This document shows, in pieces, positions 17,827 to 28,700 of a stretch of 64,000 bases of DNA. The number at the start of each line of letters is the position of its first letter. Within the stretch, counting starts at the first letter, position 1. Origin of the DNA: Candidatus Latescibacterota bacterium (GTDB taxonomy: Bacteria; Latescibacterota; UBA2968; UBA8231); contig OZ241867.1 in assembly GCA_965203175.1 (NCBI GenBank), positions 4,672,001-4,736,000 of the forward strand, given 5' to 3'. Below the pieces are notes generated by a model. The model had not been told where the DNA came from. It made no database searches and saw only the letters and a program-made list of their open reading frames with translations. Both the position numbers and the translations under genes were made by a program.

Positions 17827-18663
17827 TCACGCCTTAACCGCACCCGACATCAAACCGTCTGTCAACCGCTTTCTCACCAGCAGGAACAGCAAGATCGTGG
17901 GTACCGTCGCCACCACGGCGGTGGCCATCAAATAATTCCACTCCACCACGTTGTTTTTTTCCCAAGCGTAGAGCGCCATGGTAATCGGCTGCATGGTCCG
18001 TTTGGAAACCAGCACCAGCGCAAAGATGAATTCGTTCCAAGCACTGACAAAGGTGAAAATAGCCGTAGTCGTCAGCCCAGGGGCCGTTAGCGGCAGGGCA
18101 ATTCTGAAGATCATCCCCGTCCGCGAGAGGCCGTCGATCATAGCGGCATCCTCCAATTCCTCTGGGATATTCTTGAAAAACCCTCGCAACATCCAGATAG
18201 AAAACGGCAGAGTAATCGCCGTATTCACCAAGATCAAGGCCGTGTACGTATCCAGTAGCTGCAGGGCTTTCATCATCTCGAACAAGGGGATGAGGACAAT
18301 GACCGGCGAAAACATCTGCACCACTAGGATGCCCATGCCGAATAGACCGCGGCCGCGAAATTTAATGCGCGCCATCGCATAGGCCGCCGGGGCCGCCACA
18401 ACGAGGTTGAAGAATACCGCGGCCAAGGCGATGAACAGACTGTTCAACAGGTGCCGCGCCATTGGAATGCGGACAAAAATATCCACGTAGTTGTACCATA
18501 TAAACGCGCGGGGAATCAGCGTCGCCGGCGATTGAAATACCTCCCCCAGGGTCTTTAACGAGGTCCCGGCGACGACCAACAACGGAAAGAGTGTAAAGAC
18601 CGCAAGCCCCGCCATAAGCGTGGTACGCAACAGCGCGCTGGGCAGTGTGGAAACAGATCTCAC
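17827..18663 (-). CDS. Carbohydrate ABC transporter permease (MalG-like)
   Basis: ELEDAAMIDG EAA loop, AWNEF. Confidence 0.92.
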   Translation of the reverse strand: MRSVSTLPSALLRTTLMAGLAVFTLFPLLVVAGTSLKTLGEVFQSPATLIPRAFIWYNYVDIFVRIPMARHLLNSLFIALAAVFFNLVVAAPAAYAMARIKFRGRGLFGMGILVVQMFSPVIVLIPLFEMMKALQLLDTYTALILVNTAITLPFSIWMLRGFFKNIPEELEDAAMIDGLSRTGMIFRIALPLTAPGLTTTAIFTFVSAWNEFIFALVLVSKRTMQPITMALYAWEKNNVVEWNYLMATAVVATVPTILLFLLVRKRLTDGLMSGAVKA

Positions 18664-19532
18664 GACTCAGCCTCTTCCCTGTAGAAGAGACGCCACTGGA
18701 GGAAGCTGACGGCGACCAGCAGCAAGAAGGCCAAAAAGGCCATGCTGCTGGCTTGGCCAAAGTTGAAGTAACCAAAGGCGCGGCGAAAGATCTCCGTGAC
18801 CATGATCTGGGTCTGGTTGGCTGGCCCACCCCCGGTGATCACGTAGATGAAGACAAAGCTGTTGAAGGACCAGATGAAACTAATCAACAAAACCGCCAGC
18901 GCGACCGGACGAAGCAGCGGTACGGTGATATACCTGAACTTCTGCCACGTCGTCGTCCCGTCTATAATGGCGGCCTCGTACAGATGGACCGGAATGGACT
19001 GCAAAGCCGAGAGGAATGCAAAAGTGGTAAACGGCAAGGCCGTCCACAGCCGGGCGAACAGGGCACCGCCAAACGCCGTCGAAGCGCTCGTCAACCACTG
19101 CACGGGATGATCGACGATATGCAGCGACAGCAACAACGCATTGAGGTGTCCGTACTCGCCGTTGTACATCCACTTCCAGGCGATAGCCGCCACTACCAGC
19201 GGAGTGGCCCAAGCCAAGATCAACGAGCTGCGGATCAATTCGCAGATGATCGTACTGCGACTCAACAATAGAGCGGCAGCCAAGCCCGCTCCTACATTCA
19301 TCACGACGGCGAGCACCGTCCACACAGCCGTGTTTTTGAGCACCAGCAGAAAAATATCGTCCCCGACGAGGCCCGTATAGTTCTGCGCTCCCACAAAGAC
19401 CTCCCCTTTGTAGGAGGTGTGGTAGAGACTGGTCTTGAGGATTTCTACAATGGGAAACCCCATGAACAGCAACAGCCAGAGGGCCGCTGGCACAATGTAA
19501 AAATAGGCTAGCCGACGTTTCTCTCTTTCCAC
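18660..19532 (-). CDS. Carbohydrate ABC transporter permease (MalF-like)
   Basis: LYEAAIIDG, ITVPLLRP, TGGGP. Confidence 0.92.
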   Translation of the reverse strand: MEREKRRLAYFYIVPAALWLLLFMGFPIVEILKTSLYHTSYKGEVFVGAQNYTGLVGDDIFLLVLKNTAVWTVLAVVMNVGAGLAAALLLSRSTIICELIRSSLILAWATPLVVAAIAWKWMYNGEYGHLNALLLSLHIVDHPVQWLTSASTAFGGALFARLWTALPFTTFAFLSALQSIPVHLYEAAIIDGTTTWQKFRYITVPLLRPVALAVLLISFIWSFNSFVFIYVITGGGPANQTQIMVTEIFRRAFGYFNFGQASSMAFLAFLLLVAVSFLQWRLFYREEAES

Positions 19533-19569
19533 GATAACTCTTCTACATTTCCCGCGCGAAAATGCGGTC

Positions 19570-20832
19570 TCAAGGCATGGGCAGCGCCGGGTTTTCCAAC
19601 TCTTTCATCAAACGATCGTACACGGTGTTAAGTGCCTCGGCCGGTGTCGCCGTACCCGCCAAAACCATCTGGATCGCTTCGCCCCATCCATCCTGGATCT
19701 TGGTCCATTCTGGATGTTTTGGCGTCAATTGCAACAACTCTCTTTGCGCCTGATAATTCTGAATCGGGATCGACTGGTAGTAGGGATCGTCGGCCACATT
19801 CCTCGTCATGGGCACGCCCCCTACTTCCATATCGATCAAACGGCGATTTTCCAAACGTTGGATAAAACGCATGAATTCGTACCCTAGATCTTTGTGCTGC
19901 GAAGTGGAAAACATGCCAAAGACATCGACAATGAGCAGCATCTTCCGATCTTCGCCGTCCGGGATCATCAAAGGCTCGCATTCAACGCCTGCATCCCGGC
20001 ACAACTGGTCCTGCCACGGTCCGCTGAACAACATCCCCACCTTGCCCGCGGCCATCTCGGCATAACATTCGTTGGCATTCAAATTCAGAATGCCCGGAGG
20101 CATGACCCCGTCCAAAAGGTGCATGTTGGTTAAAAACTCGACGTAGGCAATCGCTTGGGGGCTGTTGATCGCCAGCTTGCCCTCTCGGTCGAAGAAGTGG
20201 GCCCCAAACCCCCACATCATGGCGATCTGATCCTGCATTAGGTGTTTCTGCCGACCAGCGCCGATACAAAACCCATAGCGCTCGGGCGGCTGGTTGAGCG
20301 CATTCGCCAGCGCGCGAACCCCTTCCCACATCGTCGGATCATCTGGCGCTCCCACTTCTTGCATCCAGTCCCGGCGCACGTAGAGCGTCCGGTTAGCCCC
20401 CACCAGCGGCACCCCATAGGTTTTCCCCTTGTACTCGCCCGCGCTCAGGGCGACGTCAATCCACTCGTCGCGCTCGGCATCACTCATAAAAGCATCGAGC
20501 GACTCCAACACGCCCCGCTCGGCATATTCGGGTATCATGCCCATGAAGAGAAAACCCAGATCGGGTAGGTTGTCGCCCTGTATCATGGTATTGTAAAACG
20601 TCGGCCCTTGGTCATAGGAGACGTATTGCTGTTCAATGGTCACGCCGGGATGTTCCGCCTCGAACCCATCTTTCCATATCCCGTAGGTCTCGAGTTCGGG
20701 TCCCATCCAGACGATCTTCAAAACCACGTCCCCGTCATCGGGAACGTCGGCACAACCGGACCAGACCGCGCCGAGGACCAGCAATGTCCACAAAGAAAGG
20801 GAGCGACGAGTCGCACCGTTCGGGATCGTCAT
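19570..20832 (-). CDS. Sugar ABC transporter substrate-binding lipoprotein
   Basis: Lipobox WSGC; FEAEHPGV, YGVP, GMLFSGPW. Confidence 0.88.
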   Translation of the reverse strand: MTIPNGATRRSLSLWTLLVLGAVWSGCADVPDDGDVVLKIVWMGPELETYGIWKDGFEAEHPGVTIEQQYVSYDQGPTFYNTMIQGDNLPDLGFLFMGMIPEYAERGVLESLDAFMSDAERDEWIDVALSAGEYKGKTYGVPLVGANRTLYVRRDWMQEVGAPDDPTMWEGVRALANALNQPPERYGFCIGAGRQKHLMQDQIAMMWGFGAHFFDREGKLAINSPQAIAYVEFLTNMHLLDGVMPPGILNLNANECYAEMAAGKVGMLFSGPWQDQLCRDAGVECEPLMIPDGEDRKMLLIVDVFGMFSTSQHKDLGYEFMRFIQRLENRRLIDMEVGGVPMTRNVADDPYYQSIPIQNYQAQRELLQLTPKHPEWTKIQDGWGEAIQMVLAGTATPAEALNTVYDRLMKELENPALPMP

Positions 20833-20959
20833 AAACGCACTTTCTCGCTTGAGTGGGTTGCGAACAATAGACTAGCAATTGGATGTCGTGCAGTTTTTCG
20901 CCAGCAGTCAAAATAGGTAGAATACTAAGCCCACAACAGCGAATGGAGGATTTTCCAAC

Positions 20960-22027
20960 ATGAAGCGAAATCTGGCTGGACTCTTGGGGCTGGCTCTGCT
21001 AACCCTTGCCCCTGTACAAGCACTCGAACGCCCCGACAAAGAGTTCGCAATCTTCCAGTTTCCCCCCACTATGATACCCCGTATCGATGGGCAGACCGAC
21101 GACTGGGATATCGTACCCGCATCCTATGTAATTGGCACCGAGGAACTGGCGGAAACCGTCAAGGGCAAGGGCACCAACTACGACCTGGAAGACCTAGATG
21201 TCGCCGTGCGGGTGGGCTGGGTCAATGGTCTGAACCGGCTCTACTTCCTCTACGAAGCCCACGACGATTACTGGAATATGCACTACCGTCGCGGGGACAT
21301 TTTTGAAGTCGCCGTCGATGCGGACCGCTCAGGTGGCCCCAACATCAACAACCCCCAATTGGACCAGTGGGACAGTCACTTTGCGTTCAAGGGGGTGCAC
21401 GCGCAGAACTACCACATTTTCACGCCGCCTGGAGAGGGCCGCGACTGGGCTTTCGTCTGGGGTTGCCAGCCGTGGATCGGCCGACTGCCCTACGCCAACC
21501 ACGCGTACTCCTACGATTTTGCCGAGGGCGAGAGCGGCCGACTGGTGCTCGAATTTTGGATTACTCCGTTTGACTACGCCCCCTATGAAGGCCCCAAGCG
21601 AGCGGTAGTATCCAAACTGGTAGAAAACACCCTCATCGGCCTATCGTGGGCCGTGCTCGACTACGACGAAAGCAACAGCTCGTACGAGGGGTTCTGGAAC
21701 CTCTCTCACGAGACTCGCATGGACTCAGACGCCTCGAATTTGTGCGCCTTTCGGCTCATGCCGCTCGCGAGCCGCTTTCGCAAGCCGCTCGAAGCGCAGT
21801 GGGAATTCCAAGTGCTGGATATGGAACGCAGACTAGTGGCTTTCAAAGACCTTTCCCACGGCACCATTACCTCTTGGTCGTGGGATTTTGACGATGGAAC
21901 CACCGCGACCGAACAACACCCCATCCACCAGTACCAAGAAGCCGGCGAATACATAGTCGTACTCACCGTACAGGGTCCAGAGGGCACGGCGCGCCGCGTC
22001 AAAGTGCGGCAAGTCGTGGTGCGCTAG
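20960..22027 (+). CDS. Exported CBM9/DOMON-like domain protein with C-terminal PKD domain
   Basis: Signal peptide; PRIDGQTDDW...EVAVDADRSGG; PKD motif SWSWDFDDG...HQYQEAGEYIVVLTV. Confidence 0.7.
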   Translation: MKRNLAGLLGLALLTLAPVQALERPDKEFAIFQFPPTMIPRIDGQTDDWDIVPASYVIGTEELAETVKGKGTNYDLEDLDVAVRVGWVNGLNRLYFLYEAHDDYWNMHYRRGDIFEVAVDADRSGGPNINNPQLDQWDSHFAFKGVHAQNYHIFTPPGEGRDWAFVWGCQPWIGRLPYANHAYSYDFAEGESGRLVLEFWITPFDYAPYEGPKRAVVSKLVENTLIGLSWAVLDYDESNSSYEGFWNLSHETRMDSDASNLCAFRLMPLASRFRKPLEAQWEFQVLDMERRLVAFKDLSHGTITSWSWDFDDGTTATEQHPIHQYQEAGEYIVVLTVQGPEGTARRVKVRQVVVR

Positions 22028-22031
22028 CGAC

Positions 22032-23174
22032 TTAAATGTACCCGGTCGATCCATCCGGCCGCACCGGACAGGTGCGCTGCCAGTGGACGTATTTGTCTTC
22101 GCTGATGGCGTCTTCGTTTACATCAATGCCCAAGCCCGGGCGGTCGCGCAGTTCGAGATAGCCGTCCTTGGGCAGATAGGGATCGTCCACCCAGTCCTTC
22201 CACTCGTTGCCCAAGGGCGAGATGTACTCCAAGATTTTGAAGTTGGGCGTGGCCGCCGCAAAGTGCACGTTGACCGCAGTGGCCACCGGCCCCATAGGGT
22301 TGTGCGGCGCTACGCTGACGTAGTGGGCCTCGGCAATGGCGGCAATCTTGCGCATTTCAAGCAGGCCGCCGCACACGCACACATCTGGCTGGATGATGTC
22401 CACGGCTTGGGCTGCCATCAGGTCGAGAAATTCCCACCGGGTGTACAGGCACTCGCCAGTGGCCAAGGGAATCTGCATCTGCTGGCGCAGCCGCGCCCAA
22501 GCGGCAGTATGCTCGGGACGCAGCGGCTCCTCATAGAAATAGGGGTCGTAGGGTGCCAGCGCATTGGCCAACTGCAAGGCGCGGACCGGCTCGAAAATCT
22601 TGGCGTGGGGGTCAAAGGCAAATTCAAAGTCCGCGGGCGCGTGCTGGCGAATCTCCTCAAAGTATTTGGCCGCCTCCGCACAAATGCGCCCCCAGCGATC
22701 GACATCCGGGCTGAGGCGGAATGGACTGAGTTTGAAGGCCGTAAAACCCCACTCTTCGTTGAGGCGCTGGGCGCTGTTAGCTGTCTCCTCGCCGTCGCGC
22801 CCTCCCGCCCCCTGGTACACGCGCACCCGATCGCGGCAGGAACCGCCCAGCAGCATGTACACCGGCACGCCGGCAGCTTTGCCAGAGATATCCCACAGGG
22901 CGTGGTCAACGGCCGAACTCACCGCTAGGCCAACGCCGCCGGGGGGAAAGCGGAATTGCTGGGTGAGTTTGAGCATGATGTACTCGATGCGGCGCGGGTC
23001 TTCGCCCTTGATCATTTCGAAGATGTAATCGGCAATAGGTTCTATCGACAGGTCGGGGCCAATGGAATACGCCTCGCCCCAGCCGTGGATACCTTCGTCG
23101 GTTTCGACCTTTATCAGCCCGCGATTGCGGCCGCTGAATAGCCCCATGAAGGTTTTAATCGCCGTGATTTTCAT
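22032..23174 (-). CDS. Mandelate racemase/muconate lactonizing enzyme family, galactonate dehydratase-like
   Basis: GIHGWGE, ALWDISGK, EEP, ATGE, QPD, APHNP. Confidence 0.85.
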   Translation of the reverse strand: MKITAIKTFMGLFSGRNRGLIKVETDEGIHGWGEAYSIGPDLSIEPIADYIFEMIKGEDPRRIEYIMLKLTQQFRFPPGGVGLAVSSAVDHALWDISGKAAGVPVYMLLGGSCRDRVRVYQGAGGRDGEETANSAQRLNEEWGFTAFKLSPFRLSPDVDRWGRICAEAAKYFEEIRQHAPADFEFAFDPHAKIFEPVRALQLANALAPYDPYFYEEPLRPEHTAAWARLRQQMQIPLATGECLYTRWEFLDLMAAQAVDIIQPDVCVCGGLLEMRKIAAIAEAHYVSVAPHNPMGPVATAVNVHFAAATPNFKILEYISPLGNEWKDWVDDPYLPKDGYLELRDRPGLGIDVNEDAISEDKYVHWQRTCPVRPDGSTGYI

Positions 23175-23281
23175 CTTAGTCTCCTTCCCTTCGGGAAAAG
23201 TTGGTTGGGGAGTAATTACGCCCTATTTTCTCGGCAAGCAGGATGCCGATGATCTAATCATAGATTCAACTCGGGGGAACA

Positions 23282-24109
23282 ATGCAATTCGTCCAATTGA
23301 CCCGCGACCAGCGCAGCGCTTTTGAGGCCGACGGCTTTCTCATTATCCCACAAGCCATTGATGCCGCCACCGTGGCCTGCCTGACCAGAGCAAGCGACCG
23401 CTTGATGAAACCGTTCCTCGACGATCCAGCGGAGATCCAGATGCAATTGCGCCAGGGCGTCGTCCAAGAGGAAGCGTTCGACCAACTCGTCTCTAACTCG
23501 GCAACCGTTTCCCTAGTCGTGCAGTTGCTCTCGCCCAATATCCATCTCCACTCGGCCTCGGTGATCTACAAAAAGCCCCAAGATCCACACACCACAGAGC
23601 CGAGGCGCGGCTGGCATCGCGATATTGGCATTGCCGAAGATCTGGGACAAGCCGGTTTGCCGCGCATCGGCGTAAAAGTGTGCTATTGCCTGACCGACTT
23701 TGCCGAACCCAACTCCGGCATGACCATGATGGCCCGCGGCACGCACCTGAATGAGACGCCCCTAGCCATTCCCACGGGCGCAGTCGATCCATCGACAGTG
23801 GTCGATCCGCTATTGCGCGCTGGCGACGCCATTCTCTTTGAAAACCGCACGTTCCACACGGCTGCACCCAATTTGAGCCAGCGCACCTCCAAGGTGATAA
23901 TCTACGGCTACGCCTACCGCTGGATGAAAACGGATCAATATCTCGATCCACCAGACCAACAGGTATTGCAGCGGATGACCAACGACATCGACTGGCAGCT
24001 CTTGGGCGGCTATTACAATGTCGATGGAATACCCCAGGCATTGATCGACTGGGCCGAACAGTACGGCGTCAATCCACCCTCTGTGACTTGGACCACGGAC
24101 GCTCTGTAG
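23282..24109 (+). CDS. Phytanoyl-CoA dioxygenase (PhyH) family protein
   Basis: FEADGFL, GWHRD, AGDAILF...FHTAAPN. Confidence 0.85.
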   Translation: MQFVQLTRDQRSAFEADGFLIIPQAIDAATVACLTRASDRLMKPFLDDPAEIQMQLRQGVVQEEAFDQLVSNSATVSLVVQLLSPNIHLHSASVIYKKPQDPHTTEPRRGWHRDIGIAEDLGQAGLPRIGVKVCYCLTDFAEPNSGMTMMARGTHLNETPLAIPTGAVDPSTVVDPLLRAGDAILFENRTFHTAAPNLSQRTSKVIIYGYAYRWMKTDQYLDPPDQQVLQRMTNDIDWQLLGGYYNVDGIPQALIDWAEQYGVNPPSVTWTTDAL

Positions 24110-24203
24110 CCCCCCGGTCTGCTAGCCAATGATTCAGAGAAAAGCAGAGAAAAAACCCATGCTCAGACAACCCTGCTACCATTAGTGCTGGAGGAGCAAT
24201 AAC

Positions 24204-25661
24204 ATGACGGACGAAAAATCGGCCTTTTTGTTCATTGATGATGAGTCTATCGAAAGCCTCGACAATGTCGTAAAAGGGGTCGTACCCGCAAAGAAGGTTT
24301 CGCAACAACCGCTGATCGAGAAAGATCAGGCTTGGGAGGAGGAGTGGCTGATCGGCAGCTACATCAACGTCATGTACGACGAAGAAGAAAACATCTTCAA
24401 GATGTGGTACGGCGTGGGCCGCAAATTGAGCGACGCACGTGGCGACCAAGCGGACGGAGTAGCCTACGCCGTCTCCCAAGACGGGATCCACTGGGAAAAA
24501 CCCGTCCTCAACCTCTTCGAGGACGGCGGCAGCAAAGAGAATAACCTAGTCTTTCCATTTTTCAGGTGGGGAGCTGGGACCGGCGTCATGAAAGACCCCA
24601 TTGAAACCGATCCGGCCAAGCGCTACAAGATGCTCTTTATGTTCCAAAGCGGCGACATGATATTCGCCGGGATTGTCCAGCCGGTCTGTGTGGCGTATTC
24701 TGCCGACGGAATCCATTGGGACGTGCCCCAGCGCTGGCTCAACCCGGTCATTCCCGAGGGATCGGACACCCATCTAGTCGCCTATTGGGATGCCAAAATC
24801 CACCGCTACGTCGTCTATCTGCGGGGCCGGCCCAACGTGCGCATCATTTGCATGGCCGAGAGCAGTGATTTTGAAAACTGGACTCCGCGCCAGATCATCG
24901 TCGCCCCTGACGCACTGGATCCCCCCCAGGACCACGAGTTCTACGGCATGAGTTCGCTGGCATACCGAGACTTTCGCATCGGCTTCCTGTCTGTGTTTCA
25001 CACGCTCTACGAGGGATGGGTCGCCCAGAACCAGATCGAAGATTGGATGCCCGCATGGATGAACCAGATGGACGTTCAGTTGACCTATTCAAAGGACGGC
25101 CGCACCTGGCATCGGGCGGGCAACCGCGAACCAATTCTGCTCTGCGGCCCTCCGGGCAGCTATGATTGTGGATCTGTCTATCCCCCACATGCCCCTTTTG
25201 TCCTAGACGAAGAGATATGGGTCTATCACGGCTGCTCAAACGATCTACACGGCGAGCCCCCGCGCGGCGGCGAAAAATCCCAGCGGGGAATCAATCTGGC
25301 GAAAATCGAAAAGGACCGACTGGTCTGTCTGAAAACGGACGCTCAGGGAGTTGTGACTACGGTTCCACTGAGCATTGATCCTCATGCCTTGTGGATCAAC
25401 GCCGACGCGAGCGACGGCTCACTGCAAGTGGAATTGGTCGATCCGTTTGACCGGATCGTGCCGGGTTTTGGCCGCGACGACTGCATCCCCTTCTCGGGCA
25501 ATGAGACAGAATACCAGATACAATGGAAAGGCGATGGGAGAGGCGCGGACGGGAGCAAGGCGGGCGGTCTCGAACAGAAGATGGTCTCGCAGATGCGAGG
25601 CGGGCTCAAGGTCAAAGTGTACCTGGACCGCGCCAAACTATTTGCTCTCTATGCTTCTTAG
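24204..25661 (+). CDS. Glycoside hydrolase-like five-bladed beta-propeller protein
   Basis: Repeated FKMWY/YKM strands and SQDGIHW, SADGIHW, SSDFENW, SKDGRTW motifs. Confidence 0.65.
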   Translation: MTDEKSAFLFIDDESIESLDNVVKGVVPAKKVSQQPLIEKDQAWEEEWLIGSYINVMYDEEENIFKMWYGVGRKLSDARGDQADGVAYAVSQDGIHWEKPVLNLFEDGGSKENNLVFPFFRWGAGTGVMKDPIETDPAKRYKMLFMFQSGDMIFAGIVQPVCVAYSADGIHWDVPQRWLNPVIPEGSDTHLVAYWDAKIHRYVVYLRGRPNVRIICMAESSDFENWTPRQIIVAPDALDPPQDHEFYGMSSLAYRDFRIGFLSVFHTLYEGWVAQNQIEDWMPAWMNQMDVQLTYSKDGRTWHRAGNREPILLCGPPGSYDCGSVYPPHAPFVLDEEIWVYHGCSNDLHGEPPRGGEKSQRGINLAKIEKDRLVCLKTDAQGVVTTVPLSIDPHALWINADASDGSLQVELVDPFDRIVPGFGRDDCIPFSGNETEYQIQWKGDGRGADGSKAGGLEQKMVSQMRGGLKVKVYLDRAKLFALYAS

Positions 25662-25664
25662 TAA

Positions 25665-25762
25665 CTGATGTTACGCATCGTTCTGATTATGGGCTAGGCC
25701 ATAGAGATGCTGAGCGGAGCGAAGCATCTCCTACCCAAGAGGCTTCCTGTGCATAACATCAG
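25665..25762. mobile_element. MITE-like element (98 bp) with internal REP-like hairpin
   Basis: 13-bp terminal inverted repeats ctgatgttacgca / tgcataacatcag (1 mismatch). 7-bp direct repeat TTAGTAA on both sides (25658-25664, 25763-25769). Hairpin gagatgct...agcatctc (25704-25730). Confidence 0.8.
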
Positions 25763-28700
25763 TTAGTAAACGCCGAGTCCTACACTACTAAGCCGCCCTC
25801 CCGCTAGACTGCACACCACGCCGCTGCGGCACGGCCACAAACCGCGAATTTCCGCTTCCATCGCCATAGAACCCACGCACCTGCCGTCTGCATCACAGGC
25901 TAGCAGCACGCCCTTTTCCACGGCTGCGACAATGTATTCCCCCACCGGAGCGATAGCCCGAATCCACTCGCCGACTTGGACATGCCAACGCAATTCCCCT
26001 CGGTAGCTAAAGGCGTAGAGTTCGCCGAATTCACTCGCCGCGACCAAGCCCCAAGAAAAGGCGATGAGTCCCACAACCTCGCCGACGATATTGACGTGCC
26101 AGACCTCGGCCCCATCCTGCGGTTTGACCGCATAGATCCAGCCGTCCTGCGTGCCGTAGACGATTTCGCGCACGCCATCTCCATCGACATCGACCAGTTG
26201 CAAATGGGTGAGGCCGATACCGCGGCGCGGCGTGGTCGCATTGCCCTCGGACCCCACCTCTTCAAAGGTGGTCCAGCGGAAAGACCCGTCGCTGTTGTGC
26301 ACATTGAGCGGAGTGGAGTATTCAGTCCCCGCAATCACCTCGGCCTGCCCATCGCCGTCCACATCCGCCGCAGCAAGCGCCGTGATCGCGTGATAGCGCA
26401 CCCACTCTGCCCATTCGAGCGTGCCATCCGCAGCAAAGGCGTTTATGTACCAGCCCACGGTTGACGCCAAGACACTCGTGCGGCCCTGCCCCTCCAGGTC
26501 GGCCACAGCTAGGCCGGAGACTTTTGCACCCCACCCCGAATTTTTCAAGGTCCTGCCCCAGCGCTGCTCTCCGCTGTGGCCTTCGAGTGCGGCCAGTTGA
26601 CCATCGTCCGTGCCCACCAGCGCTTCCACTTCCCCATCGGCGTCGATATCGGCCAAAAGCAGGGCGCTGGCTACACGATCTGTGCCTAGTTGGTGCGACC
26701 ACATCGCCGCGCCATCCCCCAGTCCCAGTTGGACGACCTCCCCTTCCTCAGTGCCAGCAAGTAAAATTTCATCGTGGACCGCCACAGCGCTTATCTCGGT
26801 CGAACCCAAGTCCCGGCTCCACTTGACGGCCAAGCCACCTTCTGGCCGGAGTCGAGAAGGTTCCACCACAGCAGGGGGAGGTTCTGATGCGACGGCGTCT
26901 AGGGCGTCGCAAATGCGTTGCGCCATTTCGCTCTGTCCCACTTGGAACGTCGCATGAGACCCATCAAGCACCTGCCAGTCCCAATCCTCGCCCTCGGCAA
27001 AGCCCAAGCGTTCAATACCCTGCAAAGTCAGGCTATCTCCCTTTAGAGAAATCCCGAACATTTCGGCCTCAATTGCCAGCACACCCAAGCAGGTATGGCC
27101 GACGCCCAAAATAGTCGTCTCCCCCCCGTCGCGAATCTCGACGGTCCTTTCATTTAGGCGCGATATGCCGATGTCGGGATGCGGCGTCAGCAGGTTGATA
27201 TAGACGAGATTCTCCCCCGGCTGCATGGTGCGAGCGGCTTGCTGGTGCAGAACGTGGAGTATGTCCCCGGCGTGTGGATAGTTGGACCAACGGCTTTTCA
27301 CGTGCAAGTCGGCGACGATTTCTTGGGCCGCTCCATCGGCATTGTCGATATAGAAGTGTTCGCCCTCTTGGTGCAGACATACCCTAGACCCTGTGAGTTC
27401 AGCTTCGCCCACCAGACGCCACAAGCAGTAGCAGCGGTAATCCCCGGCCTCGGTGCATTGCAGTTGATCAATCACCGCAAAGTAGCGCCCCTTGCCCCAG
27501 AAGATATTGCGCCGCCAGTCCACTCCGTTATACCCGGCAGCCTCGGTCTGCACCAAGCCAAGAGCAGCACTTTCGCTGCTGTAGTTCAGCGAGGCCAGCA
27601 GCGGCATCAGCAGCCCATCTCCCGGCGGCTGCAACACGCCCACGCCATCGCGGATGACGGCGATTGAATTGTGGAATTTGGGTGCCGCCCGAATATAGTC
27701 GCCGTCCCCCAGCCAAGCCCGGTCGTTCCACGTCAGCCGGACGATGGTATTGCTGTCTTCGTGCCCGTGGCAGAACGTGCCGCTCCCTTCGAGCAACAGG
27801 TACTCACTCATCGGGTCGAAGTCGCGCCGCAAAGAGAGCTTGTCGAAGTAGTCTTTTTGTGGATCGGGCTGGCTATCAGCCGGAGCGTACGCGCGCACCC
27901 ACCGCAGCGCTTTGTCCGGCAATCTCATCGCGTATATACCAAGCAGACCGACCGGTTCCTCGGGGACGCAATCGGCGAGCGCCAATCCATTTTCCCCCCA
28001 CTCGACGCCAGCATAAAGCCCCCGCAACACGTGCGCCAATGTCGGCCTCTTGCGCGCACCCAGCCAGTTGAGGATCCACAAATGCTCGGGGTTGCGCGCA
28101 TACCAAGTGGAAACCATCGGCGCCCACAAGCGGCCTTCCCATCCCTGGGACGGGGAAAAAGCAGCGTACCCCGAGGTATCCCCGTGGTTGCTCTCGCTGC
28201 GCATGTTGTCCGTAGTCACCACCGCTAGCGTACACAAATCGGCGATGTGGCCGTTCTCGATGTACCCGTAGTCGTTCTTAAGCAACCCGTACGAGAGCGT
28301 CTCTTGGGGCACGAGCCAAGCGTACCCCACGCCACCATCGTCGTTGGATCTGTAGCAATCGCTCTGGCCAGCAAAAATCCGCTCCACCACCTTCTCGGTG
28401 GAATCGAACTCGCGGATGCCGTAGCGCTTGCTCAGGTAGTTGTGACCCGCAGCCAAGTCCATGGCGATATAAGTAGTGTGGTTCTGGCGAATCTGGTCGG
28501 GAGGGTTGACTCTTTCCTCCATATAGAACAGTCCGGCCAAATGGCGTATCATCTCGCCCATCATGATCGCCACCCCACGGCGGTCGGCCTCGGTATAGAG
28601 CGGACTATCCTCGATCAGTTCCCAGAGATGAATGAGGCTGTGGAAGTGGAAAAAGCAGTGGTAGGTCTCTGGGTAGTCGCGCCGCTGGGCCAGCCAGGGT

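Noticed and set aside
17827-20832. ABC sugar transporter lacking an ATPase gene
   Set aside because: Common: CUT1 systems often share an MsmX/MalK-type ATPase encoded elsewhere.
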